In this document: piece after piece, positions 20,083 through 30,438 of the stretch | Layout: each line of letters starts with the position of its first letter | Numbering within the stretch: the stretch's first letter is position 1 | Assembly: GCA_963771355.1 (NCBI GenBank) | Contig: CAVYTA010000006.1 | Span: forward strand, 192,001-256,000 | Origin: an uncultured Candidatus Rokubacteria bacterium | GTDB taxonomy: Bacteria > Methylomirabilota > Methylomirabilia > Rokubacteriales > CSP1-6 | Reading direction: 5' to 3' | Length of the DNA stretch: 64,000 nt | The notes under the pieces: generated by a model | Databases searched by the model: none | The model's input: the letters and a program-made list of their open reading frames with translations, nothing else | Told to the model about the DNA's origin: nothing | Program-made: the position numbers and the translations under genes

Positions 20083-20910
20083 TCAGGGTCGGACCCCGAC
20101 CACGATCACCTTGTCCATGAATAGGTTGAACGGGGCCTGGGTCGCGAATCTCTGCTCGATTCGATCGCACCATTTCAGATACGATCGCAGAGCCCGAGGC
20201 AAGGCTCGCTCGATCGGCCCGGCTAGCCAGAAGTTCGTCAGGACCCAGGTTCCCGAGACATTGGATCCCTTTCGAGTGATGACTCTGAGGCCAGCCTCCT
20301 GGAAAATCCGCGAAAGCTCCGGAAGAGAGTTGAAGTCGTTGCGGTAATCGCGGTGGATCCGCGTCAGGCGGGAGCGCGAGTCGGGCCCGAGAAGCTTTCG
20401 AAAAGCTCGAGTCGCGAGCGCCGCGAGGCGCCCGTGTCGCAGAATCTTGATGAGACAGTGGAGCGTCCAGCTATTGTAGTTGAGGACACAGACCACTGCG
20501 CCCGGCTTGCTCACGCGGGCGAACTCTCGAATGGCCGCGGGTTGCGGCATGATGTGCTGTAAGACGCGAATAGAAATGATGCCGTCGAAGCTCTTGTCTC
20601 GGAAGGGGAGCTGCGTAGCATCGGCGGCCACCAACATGGTCGCGCCATCTCCCAGCTTCGACTTGGCGATCTTGAGCATGTTGACCGACGTGTCGATGCC
20701 GACGCAGGAGGTGCCGGGGGGCATGGACTGGATATGTCGTCCCGAGCCACACCCGGCGTCGAGAATTCTCGCCCCGGCACGAAATGGGATCTCAGCGAGC
20801 GCGGCGTCGACCTCCGTACGCTGGAGATACTCTCCGATAATCCCGCGGAACTCGGCGTCGTAGGCGGACGCGGCCTCGAGATCATCCCAGTGTCGGCGAG
20901 TCTGATCCAT
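20083..20910 (-). CDS. Class I SAM-dependent methyltransferase
   Basis: ILDAGCGSG and DATQLPFRDKSFD motifs. Start taken at MDQTRRH after AAGGGAG. Confidence 0.85.
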   Translation of the reverse strand: MDQTRRHWDDLEAASAYDAEFRGIIGEYLQRTEVDAALAEIPFRAGARILDAGCGSGRHIQSMPPGTSCVGIDTSVNMLKIAKSKLGDGATMLVAADATQLPFRDKSFDGIISIRVLQHIMPQPAAIREFARVSKPGAVVCVLNYNSWTLHCLIKILRHGRLAALATRAFRKLLGPDSRSRLTRIHRDYRNDFNSLPELSRIFQEAGLRVITRKGSNVSGTWVLTNFWLAGPIERALPRALRSYLKWCDRIEQRFATQAPFNLFMDKVIVVGVRP

Positions 20911-21058
20911 CGTGAGAGCTCCCTTGCGCAAGTAGTGACCGCGAGATTCAGCTACGGCGACAAGCATCCAGGCGAACCGGCTTGGGCATTGTACCTGATC
21001 GCCGCCGTGTCGAGCCTCCCGGGCCGGGGTATAGTGCTTCGGCGAAAGGAGACCACTC

Positions 21059-21775
21059 ATGCCTATCGTTGCGCGCATGCTGACCCTCGAGCAGGACGGC
21101 CTCCCGGGCTACATGGCCCATCCCGAAAGCCCCGGAGCGCGGCCGGGGGTGCTGATGGTGCACCATGCCCACGGCGTCACCGCCGACTACAAGATCGACG
21201 CGTATCGCTTGGCCCAGCTCGGCTTCAACGTGCTCGTGCCGAGCCTCTTCAACATGTTCGGGGTGGCGGGGACGAATCATATCGGCGCCGGCGCGGAGCT
21301 CCAGGCCAAGCACGGGGACGGGGAGTTCCTGGGCAAGATGGAGGAGGCCTGGCACTACCTGACCGGGCGGATGAATTCCGACCCCGCGCGCACCGCGTGC
21401 ATCGGGCATTGCATGGGCGGGCGGCTCCTCATCCCCTTCGCCGCCGATCATCCCCAGATCCGTGCCATCGTGCTCTACTATCCGTCGGTGCGCGACGAGC
21501 CGGAGACGTCACACCGGCCGCGTCATGCCCTCAAGCTGGCCCCCACGCTGAAGAGTGCCGCGCTGGTGTTCTGCGGCGGGCTGGACTTCATCGCGACTCC
21601 GGCCATCCAGGGGCCGTTGTGGCAGGCCTTCATGGCCAGTGGCCAGCCGGTGGAGTGGCATACCTTCTCCGACGCCAACCACGGCTTCCGCCACCCGGAC
21701 AATGCCGGCTTCCAGCCGCACTACGCGGACGTTGCCTGGGCGCTGACGACCGACTTCCTCCAGCGCCGAGTGTGA
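21059..21775 (+). CDS. Dienelactone hydrolase family protein
   Basis: GHCMGG Cys nucleophile and ANHGF. Confidence 0.9.
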   Translation: MPIVARMLTLEQDGLPGYMAHPESPGARPGVLMVHHAHGVTADYKIDAYRLAQLGFNVLVPSLFNMFGVAGTNHIGAGAELQAKHGDGEFLGKMEEAWHYLTGRMNSDPARTACIGHCMGGRLLIPFAADHPQIRAIVLYYPSVRDEPETSHRPRHALKLAPTLKSAALVFCGGLDFIATPAIQGPLWQAFMASGQPVEWHTFSDANHGFRHPDNAGFQPHYADVAWALTTDFLQRRV

Positions 21776-21789
21776 CGGCGTGAGGCGGC

Positions 21790-23112
21790 CTATCCTCGCC
21801 GCGAGAGACAGGCACGCACGCGCGCCGCGAGCTGCGGGATCGAGAAAGGCTTGGTCAGGTAGTCGGTAGCGCCGAGATCGAAGCCGGCACGAGTATTGAC
21901 CTCGTCATCCAGTGCCGTCAGCACGAGGACGGGCAGCGCCGCCGTCGCCGGCCGCGAACGAAGCAGGGTGAGGACCTCCAGCCCACCTGGCTTGGGCATT
22001 TGCAGGTCCAGCACGAGAAGATCGGGAGCGTGCCCTTCGATCAACGCAAGTGCCTCCTGGCCGGAGGACGCTTCGCTGACGATGTGGCCGGCCTGGCTCA
22101 GGACCTTCTGTACGAGGGCACGGACGTCCGGGTCGTCGTCCACGACCAGGATGTGGCTACCGCGCTGGGCGTCCCGACCCGCGTGGGGAGCCGGAGGCGT
22201 GCTGGACAGTTGCCGGACGGTGTGCGGCTCGACGGCCAGCTCGAGACCCTCGTAAGCGCAGCAGATCTCGAGCGCGTAGCCGCGCTGCTCGGCGTATCCG
22301 CGGGCTCGCTTCTCGATCGCCTCGACGAACGCGTCGTCGTGGGTCGGATCGTGGTGGGTGAGAGCGAGGTGGCGCACCCCCGCCGCGGCGGCCAGCCCCA
22401 CGGCATACTCGTAGGTGCTGTGACCCCAGTTCTTCCTGGACGGGTACTCCTCCGGGGTGTACTGCGCATCGTGAATCACCAGGCCGGCGCCGGCCATGAA
22501 GCGCGCGTGACGCCGGTCGCCCTCGTGCACGATAGATTCGGCGTGGCTGGAGGAGGGATGATCGTGCCAGAGCGTTTCGGAGAAGGGCTCGTGGTCGCAC
22601 AGGTATACGACCGCCGCGCCGTCGGCCTCGATGCGGTAGCCCAGCGCCATCGCCGGATGATGGAGGTACTGCGCCACGATCCGCGCGCCGCCGATCTCGT
22701 GCGTGCCTTCTCCGAGCTCTCGGAAGGTGATGGTGGCCGGAAGCTGGCTGATCTCGACGGGGAAGTATGTGAACTCCATCTGACCGGAGAGGACTTCGGC
22801 CAGAGAATGTCCGCTCCCTTCCGGACCGCACACCGTGATCTGGTTCTCGCGAACGAAAAGGGGGGCGAAGAAGGGGAAACCCTGGATGTGATCCCAGTGC
22901 GTATGGCTGAGGAGGATCACGGCCGAGATGGGCTTCGGCATGTGCGCCATGAGCTCCGCGCCGAGCGGACGCGCGCCCGTCCCGCAGTCGAATATGAAGC
23001 AGGCCCCCCCGTCGGTCGTCACTTCCACGCACGAGGTGTTGCCGCCGAAACGGACGGTGCCCGGACCGGGCGTCGCGATCGACCCTCGGGTCCCCCAGAA
23101 GCGCACTCGCAT
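21790..23112 (-). CDS. MBL-fold metallo-hydrolase fused to a C-terminal receiver domain
   Basis: WGTRGS, SHTHWDH, WGHS and LTHHDP motifs, then REC (VVDDD, LDLQMP, TKPF). Confidence 0.9.
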   Translation of the reverse strand: MRVRFWGTRGSIATPGPGTVRFGGNTSCVEVTTDGGACFIFDCGTGARPLGAELMAHMPKPISAVILLSHTHWDHIQGFPFFAPLFVRENQITVCGPEGSGHSLAEVLSGQMEFTYFPVEISQLPATITFRELGEGTHEIGGARIVAQYLHHPAMALGYRIEADGAAVVYLCDHEPFSETLWHDHPSSSHAESIVHEGDRRHARFMAGAGLVIHDAQYTPEEYPSRKNWGHSTYEYAVGLAAAAGVRHLALTHHDPTHDDAFVEAIEKRARGYAEQRGYALEICCAYEGLELAVEPHTVRQLSSTPPAPHAGRDAQRGSHILVVDDDPDVRALVQKVLSQAGHIVSEASSGQEALALIEGHAPDLLVLDLQMPKPGGLEVLTLLRSRPATAALPVLVLTALDDEVNTRAGFDLGATDYLTKPFSIPQLAARVRACLSRRG

Positions 23113-23129
23113 GCTCCCTCCCGTGCCGG

Positions 23130-25928
23130 CTATTCGTAGTCCACGTGGAGAGCGTCGAGGTATCGGGCGAGCTCCGCGGCCCGCGTGCGAATGTCCTCCG
23201 GCTCACGGCGTCCGGCCGCCTGCTCCAGGAAGGCGCCGATCTCCGTGATCTGGTTCAAGCCGTAGCCGGCGCCTGATCCCTTCATGTTGTGGCCCAGGAT
23301 GCGAACGTGTTCGTAGTCCGCGTGCGCGAGCGCGGTCGCGATCGCCTCGACGTCCCGCCGCCGGTGCTCCAGATAGCCGGGAATCAGCTCCGCGAGATCC
23401 GCGTCCACCCGGATGCGGACGCGTCCCCTGGTGTGCTCCTCGATGGCGCGCAGGAGCGTCGCTTTGCGGATGGGCTTGGTGAGGTGGGCGGTGCAGCCGG
23501 CGTCGAGGCTCTTCTGGACCTCCTCCGGTAGGGCGTGAGCGGTCAGGGCCAGGATCGGGACCGGCCTCGCGCGGTGCTCGGCTTCCCATTGACGAATCCT
23601 GCGGGTGGCGGAGTACCCGTCCATGACCGGCATCTGGACATCCATGAGCACGATGTCGTAGGTGCCGGCGATGCACATCTGCAGCGCGACCTTGCCGTCG
23701 CCGGCCACGTCCAGGCTGCCGCCGCTGGATTTCAGGTACGACTGGATCAGCAGCACATTGTCCAGGGAATCCTCGGCCAGCAGGATCCGCAGTCCTCGCG
23801 CGGCTTCCCGCACGCCCCCCGGCCGGGCGGGCTCGACCAGCGCGACCGCGCCGGCGCGGGCCTGGTGGATCGCCTCCAGGAGCTCGTCGCGCTTCACCGG
23901 TTTCACCAGGTACGCCGCCACCCCGAGGTCGCGGCTTCGGGCGAAATCCCCCGCGCGGTTGTCCGAGGTAAGCATCAGGATGGTCGTCCCGGCCATGGTC
24001 GGTCGCTGATGAATCCGCTCGGCCACCTGGAACCCGTCGACGACGGGCATGCGGCAGTCCAGCAACACGAGGGCGTAGGGGACACCAGCCTGATGGGCCC
24101 GCAGCAGCTCCGAGAGTCCCTCCTCGCCCCCCTCCGCCTCCGTCACCACCGCGCCCCAGCGCGAGAGCATCTCCCGGAGGATCAGCCGGTTCGTCGTGTT
24201 GTCGTCGATGACCAGGGTCTTCACGTCCTGGAGATCCAGCAGCCCGGAGAGGAGCCGGAGCGGAGCCTTGCTGCCGACCGCGAACCGAGCCGTGAAGTAG
24301 AACGTGCTTCCGGCGCCGATGCTGCTGTCCGCCCAGATCCGCCCCTCCATCAGCTCGACGACCTCCCGCGAGATGGCCAGTCCGAGGCCGCTTCCGCCGA
24401 ACTTGCGCGTCGTGGAGGTGTCCACCTGGGCGTAGGGGGCAAAGATCAGCTCGCGCGTCTCCTCGGGAATCCCGATCCCGGTGTCGCAGACCGCGAACCG
24501 CAGGGCACCCGCGGCGGCGTCCTCGGGATCCCGCTCGACCCGAACGATCACCTCGCCTTGCTCGGTGAACTTGATGGCGTTGCCAATGAGATTGATGAGC
24601 ACCTGCCGCAGCCGGGCCGGATCGCCGACCAGCGCGGTGGGGATCTCCGGAGCGATGTGGAGGGCCAGCTCCAGCCCCTTCTCGTGGGCGCGAATCGCCA
24701 TCATCTCGAGCGTCTTGTCGAGGACGTCGCCGAGATCGAAGTCGATGTTCTCGAGCACCAGATGACCCGACTCCACCTTGGAAAGGTCCAGGATGTCGTT
24801 GATCAGGTCCAGGAGCTGGTTCCCCGCCTTCCGGAAGATGCGGACGTACTCGCGCTGCTCCGAGGCCAACGGGGTCTCCCACAGCAGGTCCGCCATGCCG
24901 ATGATGGCGTTCATCGGCGTCCGGATCTCGTGGCTCATGCGCGCGAGGAAGTCAGATTTCGCCAGATTGGCTTTGTCCGCCGCGGACCGGGCGCCCTCCA
25001 GCTCGACATTTTTTTCCTGTAGCACCTGATCCAGGCGTTTGCGCTCGGTGACGTCGCGCGCGGCCGCGAACACGCCCTGCAGCCTCCGGTCCCGATCGTA
25101 GAAGGTGGTGGCGTTGTAGGACACCACGGTTTCCTTGCCGTCGCGGGCGCGCGCGGTGAGCTCGTAGTTGGTGACCTTCTTCTCGCTCAGCACCAGCTTG
25201 ATGCCTCTCTCGGCCAGCTCGGGATCGGTGAAGTGGTCCTTGAACGGCGAGCCGATCAGCTCGTCGCGCGTGCAGCCGGTGAGTGCCTCCATCTGCTTGT
25301 TGACGTCGGTGATGATGCCGGACGGATTGGTGGTCATCAGCGCGTCGATGTTCGACTCGATGAGGGAGCGCGTGTAGAACTGCTGGTCGCGCAGACGCTG
25401 ATCGAGCTGCTTCTGGTCGGCTTCGACCTGCTTGCGCGCGGTATTGTCGGTTCCGATGAGCAGATAGCCGATGATGGCGTCCTGCGCGTCGCGCAGCGCG
25501 GTGACCGACACCACCGCCGGGAAGCGGGTCCCGTCCTTGCGGAAGTAGGTCAGCTCGTAGATGTCCTCGATCTCGCGCGAGGCTTTGAACACCAGAGCCT
25601 CGAAGCCCGGCGTGATCGCGGTGCCGAGCTCGAGGCTCAGCGCCCTGGCGCGCACGATCACTTCCTGCGGATCGGAGATGTCGGCCGGGGTGATCTTGTT
25701 CAGGACGTCGGCGGCCGCATAGCCCAGCATCCGCTCCGCGCCGACGTTGAACAGCTGAATGACGCCTTTCTCGTCGGTGGCGATGCAGGAGAAGTTCGCA
25801 CTGTTGAAGATGGCGTGTTGCAACGCCCCCGTCTTGAGAAGAGCGGCTTCGCGCCGGCCTTCGGTGATGGCCTCTTCTTTGCCGGAGTCGCCGTCGACAA
25901 AGGCGGGGCGGTGGATGTGCTCGGACAT
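23130..25928 (-). CDS. Hybrid sensor kinase PAS-PAS-HisKA-HATPase-REC-REC-Hpt
   Basis: [17 protein letters not shown], two receivers (LDCRMP, MDVQMP) and Hpt GHNMKGSG. Confidence 0.93.
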   Translation of the reverse strand: MSEHIHRPAFVDGDSGKEEAITEGRREAALLKTGALQHAIFNSANFSCIATDEKGVIQLFNVGAERMLGYAAADVLNKITPADISDPQEVIVRARALSLELGTAITPGFEALVFKASREIEDIYELTYFRKDGTRFPAVVSVTALRDAQDAIIGYLLIGTDNTARKQVEADQKQLDQRLRDQQFYTRSLIESNIDALMTTNPSGIITDVNKQMEALTGCTRDELIGSPFKDHFTDPELAERGIKLVLSEKKVTNYELTARARDGKETVVSYNATTFYDRDRRLQGVFAAARDVTERKRLDQVLQEKNVELEGARSAADKANLAKSDFLARMSHEIRTPMNAIIGMADLLWETPLASEQREYVRIFRKAGNQLLDLINDILDLSKVESGHLVLENIDFDLGDVLDKTLEMMAIRAHEKGLELALHIAPEIPTALVGDPARLRQVLINLIGNAIKFTEQGEVIVRVERDPEDAAAGALRFAVCDTGIGIPEETRELIFAPYAQVDTSTTRKFGGSGLGLAISREVVELMEGRIWADSSIGAGSTFYFTARFAVGSKAPLRLLSGLLDLQDVKTLVIDDNTTNRLILREMLSRWGAVVTEAEGGEEGLSELLRAHQAGVPYALVLLDCRMPVVDGFQVAERIHQRPTMAGTTILMLTSDNRAGDFARSRDLGVAAYLVKPVKRDELLEAIHQARAGAVALVEPARPGGVREAARGLRILLAEDSLDNVLLIQSYLKSSGGSLDVAGDGKVALQMCIAGTYDIVLMDVQMPVMDGYSATRRIRQWEAEHRARPVPILALTAHALPEEVQKSLDAGCTAHLTKPIRKATLLRAIEEHTRGRVRIRVDADLAELIPGYLEHRRRDVEAIATALAHADYEHVRILGHNMKGSGAGYGLNQITEIGAFLEQAAGRREPEDIRTRAAELARYLDALHVDYE

Positions 25929-26137
25929 GGCTGCCTCCGTGGGTTCTTCCCCCCCGAGAGATGACCGCGATCAGGGCGGGTGTCGAGCGGGATCTGCGGT
26001 CAATTGCTGATCAATCTATTCCAACCGTGAGAGGGCGGCAACAGGCGAAGAAGCTATATCGCCGCCGCCGAGCAGCGCACGAGGCCCTGTTGCCGCGCCA
26101 TCTCGGGGTGAACCCCGACTCGCTCCATGGGGTGTAG

Positions 26138-26344
26138 GTAAAACTTTACACAGTCTACGGTACTGTCGAAGCACGTGAATTCCTGTCCCTATCACCACAT
26201 GCTTCACCCCTGAAGTTAGGTGCCCCACCAGACTTCCCATCCGTCCCTGTCGACCTTTTTGCCGGAACATCGATCCTGTGAGCCGAGTCAGTATTGGCAA
26301 GCTATTGAAATAGGGTCGATTAGTGCTCGAGGCACGAAATGTGC
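26138..26344 (+). promoter_or_regulatory. Putative sigma-54 promoter with an upstream activator palindrome and an IHF-like site
   Basis: GTAAAACTTTACA (26138-26150); IHF-like TTTCAATAGCTTG on the minus strand (26298-26310); GG-N10-GC GGCACGAAATGTGC (26331-26344). Confidence 0.6.
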
Positions 26345-26421
26345 GCATAGCTGAGGATTTGCAGAAATACGGAGACGACTTGACGATGGGACCCTCGTCA
26401 GAGGGGGTGAAGGAGACTCCG

Positions 26422-27426
26422 ATGCCCAAGCTCATCGCGAGTGCGTTGCTGATCGGCCTGTGCCTGGTCCCGGGACTTTCGGCGGCACACTCATTCTCTG
26501 GGCTGGTCGTTTTCGGCGATAGCTTGTCCGATTCCGGCCGAGCCTTCGTTCTGAGCGACGGGCTCTATCGGCCTTCGCCGCCCTATGCGCAGCGGTTCAG
26601 TAATGGCCCGGTCGCACCCGAGTACTTGGCTTCGGCGCTGGGCTTGCCGCTGCTCCCAGCCAGCACGCCCGGGGGGACGAACTATGCCGTTGGCGGCGCC
26701 ACCACCGACACCAGGAACGTGGCCTGGGAGACTGACCTCCCGCCCGGTGTCAAATCGATCGCGGCGCTTCAGCACACCGGGATCACCACCCAGGTCGGCG
26801 AGTTCCTTTCCAGCGGGCCGCCCATCGATCGAGCCAATGCCCTCTTCATGGTCTGGGGTGGGCCAAACGACATCGTCCTCGCGTTTCTGACCGGCGACGA
26901 CCTCGCCGCGGCGGCGGGAGCGGCGGTGGGCAATCTTGCGGGAGCGGTCGAGGCCCTCGCCCTCGGGGGAGGTCAGCACTTCCTCGTGCCCAACATGGTG
27001 GACCTGGGCCAGACACCGGAATTCGTGGGCACGCCACTCCAGAACCCACTACGCACGCTCGTCCAGGGCTTCAACATGGCCCTCGCCGACGCAATGGCTG
27101 ACCTCGAGACGGGGCTGGAGGAGGCGGGCCTCCCGGTGGACATCACGGTGTACGACACCTTCGCGTTGTTCGACGACGTTCTGGCCAATCCCGAGGCGTT
27201 CGGTTTCACAAACACCACGGACTCCTGCCTCGACAACCTCGACGCCTTCCGGGCCGGCTGCCCGGGTTACATCTTCTTCGATTTCACGCACCCGACGACG
27301 CAGGCCCACCGTCTCCTCGGACTGGTATTCAGCGCCGCCGTTGTGCCGGCGCCACCGGGCGCCGTCCTCGTTCTAGTCGGGGCCGGCCTGGTCGCGCTGC
27401 TCGGTCGCCGTCGGGGTCGGGTCTGA
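26422..27426 (+). CDS. Secreted SGNH/GDSL hydrolase with a PEP-CTERM-like sorting signal
   Basis: Signal peptide, FGDSLSD, RFSNG, GPND and DFTHPT motifs. C-terminus is VPAP, a hydrophobic helix and RRRGRV. Confidence 0.88.
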   Translation: MPKLIASALLIGLCLVPGLSAAHSFSGLVVFGDSLSDSGRAFVLSDGLYRPSPPYAQRFSNGPVAPEYLASALGLPLLPASTPGGTNYAVGGATTDTRNVAWETDLPPGVKSIAALQHTGITTQVGEFLSSGPPIDRANALFMVWGGPNDIVLAFLTGDDLAAAAGAAVGNLAGAVEALALGGGQHFLVPNMVDLGQTPEFVGTPLQNPLRTLVQGFNMALADAMADLETGLEEAGLPVDITVYDTFALFDDVLANPEAFGFTNTTDSCLDNLDAFRAGCPGYIFFDFTHPTTQAHRLLGLVFSAAVVPAPPGAVLVLVGAGLVALLGRRRGRV

Positions 27427-27438
27427 GCGCCGCGCAGG

Positions 27439-28686
27439 CTACGGCGCCTTGTGCAGGTGCCCGTCCTTCATGATGGCCAGCAGCATGTCCGGTTGCTGCA
27501 GACGCTTGATGTCGGCGAGGGGGTCGCCGTCCACGAGCAGGAGGTCGGCGAGGTAGCCCGGGCGGATCTGGCCCAGCTCGTGCCCGCGTCCCATGATCTC
27601 ACCGCCCATCCGGGTAGCGGCGACGAGCGTCTCCATCGGCGTGAAACCGAGAAGGTCGACGAAGAGCAGGAGGTCCCGCGCGTAGGTCCCGTGGGGGTTC
27701 CACGCGAAACCGTAGTCACCGCCGGGCAGCACCCGGATCCCGCGCTTGCGCATCTGGCCGATCGTGTCCACGGCCACCTCGAGTTCGCGTACGAGCCCGC
27801 CCTCGCGCGCCATCTCGGGGGTGAGTCCCCACTCGCTCGCGGCGTGGCAGGCCTGGTAGGTCAGGCCGAGGGCGGGGCCCACGAAGCACCGGTCGCGGTT
27901 GGCCTCGAGGAGGTCAAGCGCCTCCTCGTCGGCGAAGGTGGCGTGGTAGATGATCTCGATGCCGTGGCGCACGCACATCTTGACCGACTCCGCGCTACGG
28001 GCGTGCGCGCACATACGGACGTCGGCGGAGCGGGCGACCTCCATGGCCGCCGCCACCTCGGCGTCCGACATGACGGCCCTTTCAAAGCGGCTATTGCGGG
28101 GGCCGGTGTCGCCGGAGAGATTGAGCTTGAGGAGATCGACCCCCTCGCGCACGAGCAGGCGGCAGGCCTTCCGGACCTCGTCGGGCCCGTCGACCACCCA
28201 GGCAAACGTGGGCGTCTCCAGGTGGGGCAGGTGGAGCGCGTTGTCGTCTCCAAGCCCGCTCGTCACGGTGAGCTCCGGGCCATTGGCGAGATAGCGCGGG
28301 CCGGGGGCGCGGCCGGCCTCGATCTCGTTCCGCGCCACCACGTCGAGCCGGGGCTTGGCCGCGGCGGCCGAGAGCACGCTCGTGTAGCCGCAGTCGAGCA
28401 TGGTCCGGGCATTGCGGAGGGTGATGAGGATATGCTCTTCCGGCGGCAGGCGAGTGAAGTCCGAGTTCCGCGCCGCGTCGGGATAGCTCACGTGGCCATG
28501 CGGCTCGATGAGCCCGGGCATGAGGGTGGCGCCGGCGCCGTCGAGCACGCGCGCGTCGCCGCGCGGGAGGCCGCCGCCGCGCTGCACGGCGGCGATTCGC
28601 GAGCCCTCGACGAGCACGTCGCCGGCGTATGGGGCCGCGCCGGTGCCGTCGAGGATCATCGTGTTGGCGAAGAGCGTCTGGTTCAT
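27439..28686 (-). CDS. Metal-dependent amidohydrolase (Xaa-Pro dipeptidase-like)
   Basis: MPGLIEPHGH, AHARS, GGDYG and GYLADLLLVDGDPL motifs. Confidence 0.9.
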   Translation of the reverse strand: MNQTLFANTMILDGTGAAPYAGDVLVEGSRIAAVQRGGGLPRGDARVLDGAGATLMPGLIEPHGHVSYPDAARNSDFTRLPPEEHILITLRNARTMLDCGYTSVLSAAAAKPRLDVVARNEIEAGRAPGPRYLANGPELTVTSGLGDDNALHLPHLETPTFAWVVDGPDEVRKACRLLVREGVDLLKLNLSGDTGPRNSRFERAVMSDAEVAAAMEVARSADVRMCAHARSAESVKMCVRHGIEIIYHATFADEEALDLLEANRDRCFVGPALGLTYQACHAASEWGLTPEMAREGGLVRELEVAVDTIGQMRKRGIRVLPGGDYGFAWNPHGTYARDLLLFVDLLGFTPMETLVAATRMGGEIMGRGHELGQIRPGYLADLLLVDGDPLADIKRLQQPDMLLAIMKDGHLHKAP

Positions 28687-28750
28687 GTGGTCCTCCGTGA
28701 GCCGCACTATGCCGACATCTCCTGGGCGCTGGCGACGGACTAGCCGGGAC

Positions 28751-28779
28751 TTGACCGCTCCCCGCTCTCGGGCTAGCCT
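28751..28779 (+). promoter_or_regulatory. Sigma-70-type promoter of the ABC operon
   Basis: TTGACC-N17-TAGCCT. Confidence 0.5.
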
Positions 28780-28829
28780 GCACTACCCTTCGCCGTAGTG
28801 CAACGGATCGCTCGAATGGAGGCCCCGAC

Positions 28830-30428
28830 ATGAGGCATCCTCGATTCCTGGCTCGCGGCCCGCATTACCTGTTGATCGTCGCCCTGATCCTGATTGCCGC
28901 TGCCGCGGTGGCCCTGTCGCTTTTCTCATCAGCCGGGGCACAGGCCAAGGGCAAGATCGTTCTCGCCTGGCATGCCGGCTTCGCCTCCCGGTGGCTCGAT
29001 CCTCAGGAGCACGACGGCACCGCCACGCCGGACAACTTCTTCACCGCGCTGCACGACGGCCTCATCAAGAACCAGGGGACGGCGCTCTTTGACCATCCCG
29101 CCCTGGCCGAGCGGTTCACCGTCGCCGCGGACGCGAAGAGCGCCACGTTCACGCTGCGCAAGGGGATCAAGTTCCACAACGGCGACCCGGTGACCCCGCA
29201 GGACGTCAAGTGGAGTTACGAGAGCTACCGGGGCGCCAAGGCCGACGTCTTCAAGAAGAAGACCGAGCGCGTCGAGATCGTGGACGACCGCACGATCCGT
29301 TTCGTCTTCAAGGAGCCCTTCCTCGACTTCGCCATCCTCTTCGGGACCGCCAATGTCGCCGCCCCCGGCTGGGTGGTGCCGGAGAAGTACTACAAGCAGG
29401 TGGGGCCCGACGGCTTCAAGCAGAAGCCCGTCGGCGCTGGTCCCTACAAGCTCGTCCGCCACGAGCCCGGTGTGAAGGTCGAGATGGAGGCCTTCGACGG
29501 GTACTACCGCCCCGTCAACGTGAAGCAGCTCGTCATGGTTTCGGTGCCCGAGGCGGCCACCCGCGTGGCCATGCTGGAGCGCGGCGAGGCGGACATCATC
29601 TACAACGTCCCCGGGGAGCTGATCGCCAAGGTCGGGAAGCTTCCCGGGGTCACGCTGGCGCCGGTGCTGTCCGGCTCGTTCTTCCTGGAGTTTCCCGGGT
29701 TCCAGGACCCGAAGAATCCGTTCCGCGACAAGCGCGTACGCGAAGCGGTGAGCCTCGCCATCGACCGGCGGGCCATGAACCAGGCGGAGACCGCCGGGAT
29801 GGGCAAGGTCACCGGCAACTGGATCAACGACGACGTCCAGTACGCGATCGAGTGGCCCGAGTTCCAGCGCAACGTGGAGAAGGCCAAGCATCTCCTGCGC
29901 GAAGCGGGCTATCCGAACGGGTTCGACGTGGACTGGGTCACGCCGCTGCCTGCTTTCTATTCGCGGGGCGAGCGCATCATCGCGCAGCTCCGCGAGGTCG
30001 GTATCCGCGGTAGGTTGCAGACCATGGAGCGGGGCATCTTCTTCCAGCGGCTCCAGGGCGGGCTCAAGGAGTTTCCCGGAACCCAGATCATCCTCCACGG
30101 CGTGAGGATCGCGGGAAGCTGGTCGTTCTGGTACGAGGGCTACTTCAAGTGTGGCGGCTTCAGCTCTCGTGATCGCATCTGCGTCAAGGACCTCGACGCC
30201 AAGTTCGAGCTGTACGAGCGCTCGATCAATCCCGCTGAGCGAAAGAAGCTCGCCGACGAGATCCAGCGCGGCATTCTCGAGAACTACTATCTCGTGCCGG
30301 TGTTCCGCCATGCGTTCGTCAACGCGATCGGCCCCCGTGTCGCCGCGCAGAAGTGGCAGGACGTCTTCCCGACCATCACCACCGGCTATGCCTATCCCTG
30401 GGAGGACCTGAAGGTGAAGGACCAGTAA
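28830..30428 (+). CDS. Peptide/nickel ABC substrate-binding protein
   Basis: Signal peptide, LRKGIKFHNGD and VGAGPY motifs. Confidence 0.92.
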   Translation: MRHPRFLARGPHYLLIVALILIAAAAVALSLFSSAGAQAKGKIVLAWHAGFASRWLDPQEHDGTATPDNFFTALHDGLIKNQGTALFDHPALAERFTVAADAKSATFTLRKGIKFHNGDPVTPQDVKWSYESYRGAKADVFKKKTERVEIVDDRTIRFVFKEPFLDFAILFGTANVAAPGWVVPEKYYKQVGPDGFKQKPVGAGPYKLVRHEPGVKVEMEAFDGYYRPVNVKQLVMVSVPEAATRVAMLERGEADIIYNVPGELIAKVGKLPGVTLAPVLSGSFFLEFPGFQDPKNPFRDKRVREAVSLAIDRRAMNQAETAGMGKVTGNWINDDVQYAIEWPEFQRNVEKAKHLLREAGYPNGFDVDWVTPLPAFYSRGERIIAQLREVGIRGRLQTMERGIFFQRLQGGLKEFPGTQIILHGVRIAGSWSFWYEGYFKCGGFSSRDRICVKDLDAKFELYERSINPAERKKLADEIQRGILENYYLVPVFRHAFVNAIGPRVAAQKWQDVFPTITTGYAYPWEDLKVKDQ

Positions 30429-30438
30429 GGCCGTCGCC

